From: Vicinamibacteria bacterium
Lineage (GTDB): Bacteria > Acidobacteriota > Vicinamibacteria > Marinacidobacterales > Marinacidobacteraceae
Assembly: GCA_963555995.3 (NCBI GenBank)
Contig: OY821641.1
Location: forward strand, 2,016,001-2,080,000
Direction of reading: 5' to 3'
Length of the DNA: 64,000 nucleotides
A program made the translations under genes and the position numbers. A model generated the notes under the pieces. That model saw nothing but the letters and a program-made list of their open reading frames with translations. It was not told the DNA's origin and made no database searches. The stretch's first letter is position 1; each line of letters opens with the position of its first letter. Below, piece by piece: positions 18,134 through 29,291 of the stretch.

Positions 18134-19060
18134 ATGCGCATTGGAATCACCGGAGCGACCGGCCTGATCGGCGGGGCTCTCGCCTCGGAACTGGCCGGCC
18201 GCGGCCACGAGGTCGTGGCGCTGACCCGGCGCGCCGGCGCGCCCAGCGGTTTGCCGCCGGGAGTCCGCGCGGCGCAGTGGAACCCCGGCGGTGACGGAAC
18301 CGACGCCGGCCTGGTGGGCGTGCTGGAGGAACTCGACGCCCTGGTCCACCTCGCCGGGGAACCGGTCGGGAAACGCTGGACGGCCGCCCGGAAACGCGCC
18401 ATTCGGGAGAGCCGGGTCGGAGGCACGAAGGCCCTGGCGGCAGCGCTCGCCGCTGCCCGGAAACGGCCGGCGCGCCTGCTCGCGGCTTCCGCCGTGGGGT
18501 TCTACGGACCGCGCGGCGACGAGGAACTCGGTGAGGACGCGCCTCCCGGGACCGACTTCCTCGCCGAGGTGTGCGCGGAGTGGGAGGACGCCAGCGCCGG
18601 CGCCCGTCAGGCGGAGGTCGAGACGGTCCTGATGCGGATCGGGGTCGTGCTCTCCCCGCGCGGCGGCGCGCTGGCCACCATGCTGCCCCCCTTCCGCATG
18701 GGGGTGGGCGGCCGGCTCGGGAGCGGGCGCCAGTGGATGCCCTGGATCCACCTCGACGACGTGACGGGCGCGATGGCGCACCTGCTGGAGGCGCCGGCCG
18801 GATCCCTCGAACCGGTCTACAACCTCACCGCCCCGAACCCGGTCACCAATGCAGAGTTCACCAAGGCCCTCGGCAAGGCGCTCCGGCGACCCACCATCTT
18901 TCCGGTACCCGGATTCGGCATGCGCCTCGCATTCGGCGAGATGGCCGGCGCGCTGCTGCTCTCCGGGCAACGGGTCGTTCCCCGGCGGCTGCTCGCCTCC
19001 GGCTTCGAGTTCCGCCACCCCGAGGTCGGGCCGGCGCTGATGGACCTGGTGGGGAACTGA
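18134..19060 (+). CDS. TIGR01777/YfcH family epimerase-like oxidoreductase
   Basis: ITGATGLIG, VHLAGEP, GSGRQWMPWIH, LLSGQRVVP. Confidence 0.9.
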   Translation: MRIGITGATGLIGGALASELAGRGHEVVALTRRAGAPSGLPPGVRAAQWNPGGDGTDAGLVGVLEELDALVHLAGEPVGKRWTAARKRAIRESRVGGTKALAAALAAARKRPARLLAASAVGFYGPRGDEELGEDAPPGTDFLAEVCAEWEDASAGARQAEVETVLMRIGVVLSPRGGALATMLPPFRMGVGGRLGSGRQWMPWIHLDDVTGAMAHLLEAPAGSLEPVYNLTAPNPVTNAEFTKALGKALRRPTIFPVPGFGMRLAFGEMAGALLLSGQRVVPRRLLASGFEFRHPEVGPALMDLVGN

Positions 19061-21385
19061 GTGCCCGGTTCCCGAAGGACGCCGGGCCGGGCGGCGGCGG
19101 GCCGCCGGTTCGCCCGGATCCTGATCGTCGTCTTCCTGTTCGGGGCGACCGCGGTCGCCGGCGCCATGCTGGGGCTGCTCGCCGCCTACCAGAGCGACAT
19201 CCCGCTGATCGAGGAACTCGAAGCCTACGAGGGCACGGCGACGACCATCGTGTACGACCGCGACGGCGCCGAGATCGGACAGTTCGCGGTCGAGCGCCGG
19301 ATCGAGGTGGAGTACGAGGAACTGCCGCAGCACGTCCGCGACGCCTTCGTGGCGTTCGAGGACCAGCGTTTCTGGCGGCACTTCGGCTTCGACCCCCTGG
19401 GAATCGCGCGGGCGATCTGGGACAACTTCCGGGCGGGCCGCATCGTCTCCGGCGCCAGCACGATCACCCAGCAGGTCGCCCGTCAACTGTTCCTGAACCG
19501 CGAGGAGACGCTGGAGCGGAAGATCAAGGAGGCCATCACCGCCTTCCGCATCGAGCGCGCCTACCGCAAGGAAGAGATCCTCACCTTCCACGCGAACCAG
19601 GTCTTCCTGGGGTACAACAACTTCGGCATCGAGGCGGCGGCGCAGTTCTATCTGGACAAGGGGGCGTCCGAGCTGTCGGTGGGGGAGGCGGCGATGCTGA
19701 CCGGCCTCGCTCCCAACCCCGGCCGGTTCAACCCGTACCGCAACCGCGAGGTGGCGGAACGCCGGCGGGACATGGTGATCGAGCGGATGGTCGCCGAGGG
19801 GTATCTCGACACAGATGCCGCGGCGGCGGCCCGAGCGGAGCCGATCCGGCTGCGGCCGCGGGGCGCCGACCCGTTCGCTCCGCACTTCATGGAGATGGTG
19901 CGCGCCTACCTGCGCGACCACTACGGAGACTCGAGGACCTACCGCGGCGGTCTCCGGGTGTACACGACGCTCGACAGCCGGATGCAGCGGACCGCCACCG
20001 AGGCGGTGGAGATGGCGCTCCGCGCCCACGACAAGCGGATGGGATTCCGGGGGTTCGCGAAGAACGTCCTCGACGAGGGGCTCGAACCGGTGGAGTACGA
20101 GGACGATTCGTGGAGCGCTCCCCTCGCCCTCGGCTCGGTGGTGCGCGGGGTGGTCACCGCCGCGGGGCCGGAGCCGGAGATTCGGATCGCGGACTACCGG
20201 GGCGGGGTGGACCGGGAGGCGCTCGCCTGGACCTTCCGGAGCGCCGACGAGCTCTTCCGGGTCGGAGACGTGGGGTGGTTCCGCATTCTGGCCAACGATC
20301 CGGAACCGGGGGACGAAACGGGAGACTCCGAAGCGGGGCGGCTCGATCTGGAACGGCCCCTCTTCGTGCGGCTCGAGCAGGAACCGCTGGCCGAGGGCGC
20401 CTTCCTGGCGCTCGACATCGCCACCGGGGCCATCCAGGCCGTGGTCGGGGGGTTCGACTTCGAGCGCAGCGAGTTCAACCGGGCCCTCCAGGCGCGCCGG
20501 CAGCCGGGGTCGTCGTTCAAGCCCTTCGCCTACGGGGCCGCGCTCGCGACCGGGCGGCTGGCGCCGACCTCGCTGCTGCTGGACGAGCCGTTCACCTGGA
20601 TTGATCCGGTCAGCGACGAGCCCTACGAACCCCAGAACTACGACGGGGAACACCTCGGCTGGATCACCATGCGGAGGGCGTTCGAGGGTTCGCGCAACGT
20701 GCCGGCGGTGCGGATGGTCCACGACGTCGGCCCGGAGAACGTCGTGGCGCTGGCGCGCCGCCTGGGCATCCGGGGAGAGATGCTCCCGGTGCTCTCGATC
20801 ACGCTCGGCTCGAGCGGCGTGACCCTGCTGGAGATGATCTCCGCCTACAGCGCGTTCCCCAACCAGGGCGTCCGGATGGAGCCGTTCTTCGTCTCCCGGA
20901 TCACGGACCGCGACGGCCGGGAGCTGGAGCGGTTCTATCCCGAGACCGCCTCGGTGATCCCGGCGGACCTCGCCTACGTCATCACCCACCTGCTGGAGGG
21001 GGTGGTGGCGCGCGGCACGGCGGTGCGGGCGCGCCAGGTCGGCCGTCCGGTGGCGGGCAAGACCGGCACCACCAACGAGTTCACCGACGCCTGGTTCATC
21101 GGCTTCGACCCCGAGATCGCCGCCGGCGTCTGGGTCGGCAACGACGGCAACGAGACGCTCGGAGAGCGGGAGAGCGGGGCCCGGGTGGCGCTGCCGGCGT
21201 GGGTGCACTTCATGCAGAACGGACGCGCCGACCCGCCCCGGCAGGGTTTCCCGGCGCCGCCCACCGTGGCGCTCGTCCAGGTGGACCTCGAGAGCGGACA
21301 GCCATCCGGCGGCGGGCCCAACAGCATTCTCGAAGCCTTCCTTCCCGGCACCGAACCGGTCACGGGTTACGACCACGATCGCTAG
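19061..21385 (+). CDS. penicillin-binding protein 1A (bifunctional transglycosylase/transpeptidase)
   Basis: EDQRF, GASTITQQ, RKIKE, RQPGSSFK, SRN, KTG motifs; N-terminal TM helix. Confidence 0.93.
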   Translation: MPGSRRTPGRAAAGRRFARILIVVFLFGATAVAGAMLGLLAAYQSDIPLIEELEAYEGTATTIVYDRDGAEIGQFAVERRIEVEYEELPQHVRDAFVAFEDQRFWRHFGFDPLGIARAIWDNFRAGRIVSGASTITQQVARQLFLNREETLERKIKEAITAFRIERAYRKEEILTFHANQVFLGYNNFGIEAAAQFYLDKGASELSVGEAAMLTGLAPNPGRFNPYRNREVAERRRDMVIERMVAEGYLDTDAAAAARAEPIRLRPRGADPFAPHFMEMVRAYLRDHYGDSRTYRGGLRVYTTLDSRMQRTATEAVEMALRAHDKRMGFRGFAKNVLDEGLEPVEYEDDSWSAPLALGSVVRGVVTAAGPEPEIRIADYRGGVDREALAWTFRSADELFRVGDVGWFRILANDPEPGDETGDSEAGRLDLERPLFVRLEQEPLAEGAFLALDIATGAIQAVVGGFDFERSEFNRALQARRQPGSSFKPFAYGAALATGRLAPTSLLLDEPFTWIDPVSDEPYEPQNYDGEHLGWITMRRAFEGSRNVPAVRMVHDVGPENVVALARRLGIRGEMLPVLSITLGSSGVTLLEMISAYSAFPNQGVRMEPFFVSRITDRDGRELERFYPETASVIPADLAYVITHLLEGVVARGTAVRARQVGRPVAGKTGTTNEFTDAWFIGFDPEIAAGVWVGNDGNETLGERESGARVALPAWVHFMQNGRADPPRQGFPAPPTVALVQVDLESGQPSGGGPNSILEAFLPGTEPVTGYDHDR

Positions 21386-21556
21386 TGCGGTGTCCCACAA
21401 GTCCTGCGGTATTCGAGCGGCGATGCATCCCGCCTGACCGCTTCGCTCGGCGTTCCGAATCCATCGGAATACACTCGGTATTCCTCCGGATTCGCGCCTT
21501 GTCAGGCGGGCGCCTCCCCGCTCTCGATAACTCACAGGATTTGCGGGACACCACAC
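21385..21556. repeat. structured MITE-like repeat family B, copy 2
   Basis: GTGCGGTGTCCCACAAGTCCTG ... CAGGATTTGCGGGACACCACAC inverted ends; GAATACACTCGGTATTC core; begins at the PBP1A stop codon. Confidence 0.7.
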
Positions 21557-21610
21557 AAGGCGCGCGTCCCGCCTCGCCGCGGGCCAAGCGCCCCTGAGCC
21601 CACTCACTCC

Positions 21611-22228
21611 ATGAACAAGAAACTCCTCCTTCTCGGCTGCGGGCTCGCGCTCGGCGCGCTCCTCCTGGTGGCCGTCATCCTGTTCTTCTACGTCTCTTCG
21701 GCCTACAACGGCCTGGTGTCGCTGGACGAAGCGGTGGCGGCCGGCTGGTCCCAGGTCGAAAACGTCTACCAGCGCCGCGCCGACCTGGTGCCGAACCTGG
21801 TGGCGACGGTCCAGGGCGCCGCCGACTTCGAACGGGAGACCCTCGAAGCCGTGATCTCGGCGCGGTCCCGCGCGACCGGCGTCCAGCTCTCCGCGGGCGA
21901 CCTGCAGAACCCGCAGGCGCTGGCGCAGTTCGAAGCGGCCCAGGGAGCGCTGTCGAGCGCGCTCTCCCGCCTCATGGTGGTCGTCGAGCGCTACCCCGAC
22001 ATCAAGGCCAACCAGAACTTCCTCAGCCTCCAGGACGAACTGGCCGGGACCGAGAACCGGATCGCGGTCGAACGCCGGCGCTTCAACGAGGCCGCCCAGG
22101 CCTACAACACCCGGCGGCGCGGATTCCCCACCCGCGTCGTGGCCGGCTTCTTCGACTTCGGCGAGGCGGCCTACTTCGAGGCCGAGGAGGGCGCCGAAAC
22201 GGCGCCCGAGGTGGACTTCAGCCGTTGA
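21611..22228 (+). CDS. lemA: LemA family protein
   Basis: YQRRADLVPNLV, VERYPDIKANQNF, LAGTENRIAVERRRFN. Confidence 0.93.
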   Translation: MNKKLLLLGCGLALGALLLVAVILFFYVSSAYNGLVSLDEAVAAGWSQVENVYQRRADLVPNLVATVQGAADFERETLEAVISARSRATGVQLSAGDLQNPQALAQFEAAQGALSSALSRLMVVVERYPDIKANQNFLSLQDELAGTENRIAVERRRFNEAAQAYNTRRRGFPTRVVAGFFDFGEAAYFEAEEGAETAPEVDFSR

Positions 22229-23148
22229 ACGTCCGGTCTCCGCGGCGCGCGCTGGGCGCCGCCGTCCTCTGCCTCGCCATTCCGGGCGCGGGCTTCGCCC
22301 AGGAGACGCCGCTGCCGGAACTGACCGGCCGGGTGGTGGACCAGGCGGACCTGCTGTCTCCGGACGAAGCAAACCGGTTGGAGGGCTTTCTCGCCCGCCT
22401 CGAAGCCGAGACCTCGGTGCAGCTCGTCGTGGTCAGCGTTCCGCGGATCGAGGGCGCCATCGAGGACTTCAGCCTGCGGCTCGCGGAGGAATGGCGGATC
22501 GGTCAGTCCGAGACGGACAACGGCGCGCTCGTGGTGGTCTCGCGGGATGACCGCCGGGCGCGGATCGAGGTCGGCTACGGCCTGGAGGCGGTGATCCCCG
22601 ACGGCCTGGCCGGACGGATCATCCGCGACGAACTGGCGCCGCGGTTCGCCGCCGGAGACTTCGCGGACGGCTTCGGCGCCACCGCGGTGGCCATCGCGCA
22701 GGCGGCGCGGGGCGAATACCAGGGCGCCGGGAGCGGAACAAACCCGGCCGCGGGACGCCGCTCCGCCCGCCGCGGGGTCTCGACCCTGGTGCTGGTGGGC
22801 GCCCTGCTGCTGCTCCAGTTGCTGGGCTACATCGGCAACGCCTTCCATCCGGCCGGAGCCGCGGCGGCCGGGGGCGGCATCGCGGCGCTGCTCGGCTTCC
22901 TGATGATCGGGGTCGGCTCCCTCTTCTGGCTGGTGCCGCTCGGTCTCCTTTCCGGCTTCGGGGCCACGGCCTTCACCCGAGCGACCGCCGGCAGCCGCAG
23001 CGGCTGGGGCTACGCGGGGATTCCCGGCGGCGGCGGCATGCTCTGGGGATCCCCGGGGTTCCGCGGGGGTGGCTTCGGGGGTGGGCTCGGAGGCTTCGTC
23101 GGCGGGGGCGGCGGCTTCGGCGGCGGCGGCGCGAGCGGGAGCTGGTGA
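22225..23148 (+). CDS. TPM domain protein (YgcG-like) with Gly-rich tail
   Basis: RVVDQADLL, RIEVGYGLE, GGGGGFGGGGASGSW. Confidence 0.9.
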   Translation: MNVRSPRRALGAAVLCLAIPGAGFAQETPLPELTGRVVDQADLLSPDEANRLEGFLARLEAETSVQLVVVSVPRIEGAIEDFSLRLAEEWRIGQSETDNGALVVVSRDDRRARIEVGYGLEAVIPDGLAGRIIRDELAPRFAAGDFADGFGATAVAIAQAARGEYQGAGSGTNPAAGRRSARRGVSTLVLVGALLLLQLLGYIGNAFHPAGAAAAGGGIAALLGFLMIGVGSLFWLVPLGLLSGFGATAFTRATAGSRSGWGYAGIPGGGGMLWGSPGFRGGGFGGGLGGFVGGGGGFGGGGASGSW

Positions 23149-23176
23149 TGGGGAAAGGACTCCCTTCGGCCTGACC

Positions 23177-23629
23177 ATGCGCGTTCCGAAGCCGCTCCGC
23201 TCCCACCTGTCCGAGGAGGACCTCGACCGCATCGCGAGCGCGATTTCCGAAGCCGAGCGGGAGACCTCGGGGGAACTGCGGGTCCACGTGGTGGCGCGGC
23301 TCCTCCCGCTCGAAAACGCCCGCAAACGGGCGGTGCGCGAGTTCTTCCGGTTGGGCGTGGACCGGACGAAGGACGGCTCGGGCGTCCTGCTGTTCCTGGC
23401 GGTCCGGTCCCACCGGTTCGAGATCGTGGCCGACCAGGCGATCAACGAGAAGGTGGGCGAGGAAGCCTGGAACGAGATCGCGCTTGAAATCACGAGCCAC
23501 ATCCGCGAAAACGGCATCGGGGACGGCCTCGAGCACGGCGTTCGCCGCATCGGAGGCTTCCTTTCCGAGCACTTCCCGATCCAGCCCGACGACGTGAACG
23601 AGCTTCCGGACGAGGTCACGTTTGGCTGA
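23177..23629 (+). CDS. TPM domain protein (short)
   Basis: AERETSGELRVH, GVLLFLAV, DVNELPD; typical third gene of the lemA cluster. Confidence 0.88.
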   Translation: MRVPKPLRSHLSEEDLDRIASAISEAERETSGELRVHVVARLLPLENARKRAVREFFRLGVDRTKDGSGVLLFLAVRSHRFEIVADQAINEKVGEEAWNEIALEITSHIRENGIGDGLEHGVRRIGGFLSEHFPIQPDDVNELPDEVTFG

Positions 23630-23843
23630 CCCGAATATAACAAGAACCGACTAATATCCTCGTGTCTCGCTCGTCCCAACGAATGATCGTATTGTCAACG
23701 ACTTATGGTGAAGTTGACAACGTATCACGCAATAAACGGCCCCGTGTGCTAGGCTCATGGCGCGTTCCGGCGTCCGCCGGAACGTACTCTCCGTCTTCCG
23801 GCTCCCGCCGGATACCGAACGCATTCGAGGGAGAAACGCTCCG

Positions 23844-26315
<2,472 letters not shown>

Positions 26316-26500
26316 CGTCGCGCGAACGAAGCGTCCCGCTTCGCTACCACGGCAATGAGCACCCGAAGCTCCCACGACTCTTCGGATGCGGGACGCTTCG
26401 CCCACGCGACGGTGGCGCGAATCGCTACGCGATCCGCACCATTTTTCGCGGGGAGGGGAGACCCCTCCCCGCACCCCACCCCGGCGGCGCTTCGCGCCGC
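26316..26500. repeat. structured repeat family C, copy 1
   Basis: Four-hairpin element directly after the lon TAG; 3' half nearly identical to 61224-61310. Confidence 0.7.
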
Positions 26501-26585
26501 CCGGCTGCGACCACGATTCGCCATCGGTTGCTGATTCCTTCGTACCCGTGACTCTCGACACGGCTCGTTGGGCGCGCGCAGACTG

Positions 26586-27500
26586 TTGAAATACCGCGAC
26601 TACTACGCCGTCCTGGGAATCGGGAAACAGGCCGACGCGCCGGCGATCAAGCAGGCGTACCGGCGCCTCGCGCGAAAGCACCATCCCGACCTGAATCCGG
26701 GCGACCGCCAGGCCGCGGAGCGCTTCAAGGAGATCGGGGAGGCCTACGAGGTGCTCTCCGACCCGGACCGGCGCCGCCGGTACGATCAACTCGGGCCCGA
26801 TTGGGCCCGGCACGTCCGCAGCGCCCGCCCGGGGACGGCCGGGGCGGCGGGCGGCCCGCCGCCCGACCCGCGCGCCTTCGGCGACTTCTCCAGTTTCTTC
26901 CTCCACCTGTTCGGGCCGGACTCGCCATTCGGTCCCCTCGAGGGAAGGACGCGGCGGGCGCCGGGATGGCCGCCTTCCGCCCGTTACCGGCCGCCGGGGC
27001 CGGCGGCGGATGCGGCCGCGCGGACCGGCGTCGTGGAGATCAGCCTCGAGGAGGCGTACCGCGGCGTGATCCGGCAACTCCACACCAGCCCGACCGGCTC
27101 CTGCCGGGTCCGGATTCCTCCGGGGGTCCGGGACGGCGCCCGGCTGAAGGTCCGGACGCCGGACGGCGACGCCATGCTCGCCGTGCGCATCGCCAGCCAC
27201 CCGCGGTTCCGGCGCGAGGGAGACAACCTCGAGATCGCCGTCCCGGTCCGCTTCGCGGAAGCGGCGCTCGGCGGGGAGATCGAGGTCCCCACGCTCGGGG
27301 ACCCCGTCCGCATCCGCATTCCGGCGGGAATCTCCGGGGGCGCCGCGCTCCGGGTCCCCGGACGGGGGATGCCCCGTCCCGGCGGGGGTCACGGCGACCT
27401 GGTGGTCCGGGTGCGGATCGCGGTTCCCCGGGACCTCACCCCGGAACAGAAGGACTTCGTCCGGCGTTTCGAAGCCAGCGAGACTTCCTCAGGGGAGTAG
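26586..27500 (+). CDS. DnaJ class II / CbpA-like co-chaperone
   Basis: KYRDYYAVLG, HPD motif, no Zn finger, C-terminal DnaJ_C domain; TTG start assumed. Confidence 0.9.
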   Translation: MKYRDYYAVLGIGKQADAPAIKQAYRRLARKHHPDLNPGDRQAAERFKEIGEAYEVLSDPDRRRRYDQLGPDWARHVRSARPGTAGAAGGPPPDPRAFGDFSSFFLHLFGPDSPFGPLEGRTRRAPGWPPSARYRPPGPAADAAARTGVVEISLEEAYRGVIRQLHTSPTGSCRVRIPPGVRDGARLKVRTPDGDAMLAVRIASHPRFRREGDNLEIAVPVRFAEAALGGEIEVPTLGDPVRIRIPAGISGGAALRVPGRGMPRPGGGHGDLVVRVRIAVPRDLTPEQKDFVRRFEASETSSGE

Positions 27501-27513
27501 GGAAGAATCAGGG

Positions 27514-27712
27514 CGCGTGGCGGTGCGCCGTGCGCGGTGCGGAGCACCGCGCGTGCCGGTCTGGAGACCGGCGTTCCAGGCCGGGGGCGCCGCCTTCGCT
27601 CTTGAGCTCCGCGTCGAGGTGGGACCTGCCCTTTCCGCGTGGCGGTGCGCCGTGCGCGGTGCGGAGCACCGCGCGTGCCGGTCTGGAGACCGGCGTTCCA
27701 GGCCGGGGGCGT
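27514..27712 (+). repeat. tandem pair of about 77-bp REP-containing units (period 122 bp)
   Basis: CGCGTGGCGGTGCGCCGTGCGCGGTGCGGAGCACCGCGCGTGCCGGTCTGGAGACCGGCGTTCCAGGCCGGGGGCG at 27514 and 27636. Confidence 0.85.
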
Positions 27713-27714
27713 CA

Positions 27715-28329
27715 TCACGGCGACTCCAGCGTTCCGCGCAGGACTTGCGGGGACTTGCCGGTCATGTCCACGATGGCGGAAGGTTCGCCGCCCGGCGTCC
27801 GGCCTCCGTCGAGGATGCGGAGGTTTTCGGCGCCGCGGCCGGCGAAGGCGGCGCGCACCTCGGCGGCGGTGGTGAGCGGGGGAGCGCCAGTCGGATTGGC
27901 GCTGGTCGAGATCACCGGATGGCCGAGCGCCGCGGCGAGCGCCCGGGCGAGCGGATGGGAACTCACCCGCACCGCCACGGTGTCCCCGCCCGGGGCGCGG
28001 AGGGGCAGCACCAGGGTGACCGGACCCGGCCAGCACCGGTCCGCGAGGGCGGCCGCCGGTTCGAGGAGGACGCAGACCGCCTCCACCTGCGCCCGGCTGG
28101 CGGCGATCCAGGGGAGCCGGCGGTCGCCCGGGCGACCCTTGAGCCGGAATACCTCGGCCACCCCCGCGGGCGAGCGCGGGTCCGCGCCGAGGGCGTAGAA
28201 GGTCTCGGTGGGGAAGGCCACCACGGCTCCCGCCCGCAACTCCGCGGCCATCCGGCGTAGTTCGCCCGTCTGCTCTTCGGGCAGGGAGTCGGGCACGAGC
28301 GAGCGCCCGCTGCGGTCGGGAAGACCCAT
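27715..28329 (-). CDS. tsaC: L-threonylcarbamoyladenylate synthase (TsaC/Sua5/YrdC)
   Basis: VAFPTETFYALG, LKGRP, WPGPVT, STSAN; start uncertain. Confidence 0.88.
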   Translation of the reverse strand: MGLPDRSGRSLVPDSLPEEQTGELRRMAAELRAGAVVAFPTETFYALGADPRSPAGVAEVFRLKGRPGDRRLPWIAASRAQVEAVCVLLEPAAALADRCWPGPVTLVLPLRAPGGDTVAVRVSSHPLARALAAALGHPVISTSANPTGAPPLTTAAEVRAAFAGRGAENLRILDGGRTPGGEPSAIVDMTGKSPQVLRGTLESP

Positions 28330-28337
28330 CCCGCGGC

Positions 28338-29291
28338 TCAGGAACCGCCCCGCCGGGCGCGCGGATGGTGCTGGTCGTACACCCGGCGCAGCCGCTCCTC
28401 GGTGACGTGGGTGTAGATCTGGGTGGTCGAGATCGAGGCGTGGCCGAGCATCTGCTGCAAGCTCCGGAGGTCCGCCCCGCGCTCGAGCAGGTGCGTCGCG
28501 AACGAGTGCCGCAACACGTGGGGCGAGAAACGGCGCGGGATGCCCGCCTGTTCGCCGCGGGTCCTGACGATCTGCCAGAACCGCTGCCGGGTCATGGCGC
28601 CGCCGCGGGCGGTGACGAACAGCGACGACGAACCGCCCTTCGGGGTGCCCGCTCCCAGGACCCGCGGGCGGCCCTCCGCCATCCACACGTCCAGGGTTGC
28701 CGCCGCGACGTCGCCGTAGGGGACGATGCGCGCCTTGTCTCCCTTGCCGATCACGGTGACGTAGCCCGGCCGCTCGTCGCGGGCCGCGACCACGTCGGTG
28801 GTCCGGAGACCCACCAGTTCGGACACCCGGAGGCCGGTGGCGTAGAGCATCTCGAGCATCGCCCGGTCGCGGAGTCCCAGCGGCGAGTCGTCGGGCGCGG
28901 CGAGCAGCCGCTCGACCTCGTCCGGCGACAGGTAGCGGGGGAGCCCCGGGAGCGCCCGCGCCACCGTGATTCCCTCGGTGGGGTCCCGCTCGATGAGCCC
29001 CTCGGCCTGCCAGAAGGCGTAGGCGCCGCGGACCGCGGAGGTGATCCGCTGGATCGAGCGGAACGCGAGGCCGCGGCGGTGGAGATGCGTCAGGAAACGC
29101 TGGAGGTCCCCGGTGTCGAGTGCGGCGAGCGGCCGCTTGCCGCTGAACTCGTCCAGCTTGCCGAGGTCGCGGCGGTAGGCATCGAGCGTGTTCGCCGAGA
29201 GACGGCGCTCGACGCGGAGGTGGTTCAGGAACTCCTCCACGTGCGGGTCCGGGCGGCGCGTCCCGCCGGGGTTCCCGCCGGCGCCGCTCAT
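28338..29291 (-). CDS. xerD: site-specific tyrosine recombinase XerD
   Basis: LSANTLDAYRRDL, LYATGLRVSEL, GKGDKARIVP, PHVLRHSFATHLL, LGHASISTTQIYTHV. Confidence 0.9.
   Translation of the reverse strand: MSGAGGNPGGTRRPDPHVEEFLNHLRVERRLSANTLDAYRRDLGKLDEFSGKRPLAALDTGDLQRFLTHLHRRGLAFRSIQRITSAVRGAYAFWQAEGLIERDPTEGITVARALPGLPRYLSPDEVERLLAAPDDSPLGLRDRAMLEMLYATGLRVSELVGLRTTDVVAARDERPGYVTVIGKGDKARIVPYGDVAAATLDVWMAEGRPRVLGAGTPKGGSSSLFVTARGGAMTRQRFWQIVRTRGEQAGIPRRFSPHVLRHSFATHLLERGADLRSLQQMLGHASISTTQIYTHVTEERLRRVYDQHHPRARRGGS

Noticed and set aside
18050-22372. 1440-aa minus-strand ORF and other long antisense ORFs (e.g. 6303-8975, 13001-15103, 15780-17897, 34456-36492)
   Set aside because: Shadow frames of high-GC genes; they overlap well-supported genes and show no domain motifs.
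27514-27712. Possible CRISPR array (also 10088-10225 and 13140-13310)
   Set aside because: Only two long units each, made of the dispersed REP motif; no regular repeat-spacer series and no cas genes.
28338-29291. Tyrosine recombinase as a prophage or integron integrase
   Set aside because: The sequence is canonical XerD in a murJ-xerD-tsaC operon; no att sites or cargo.
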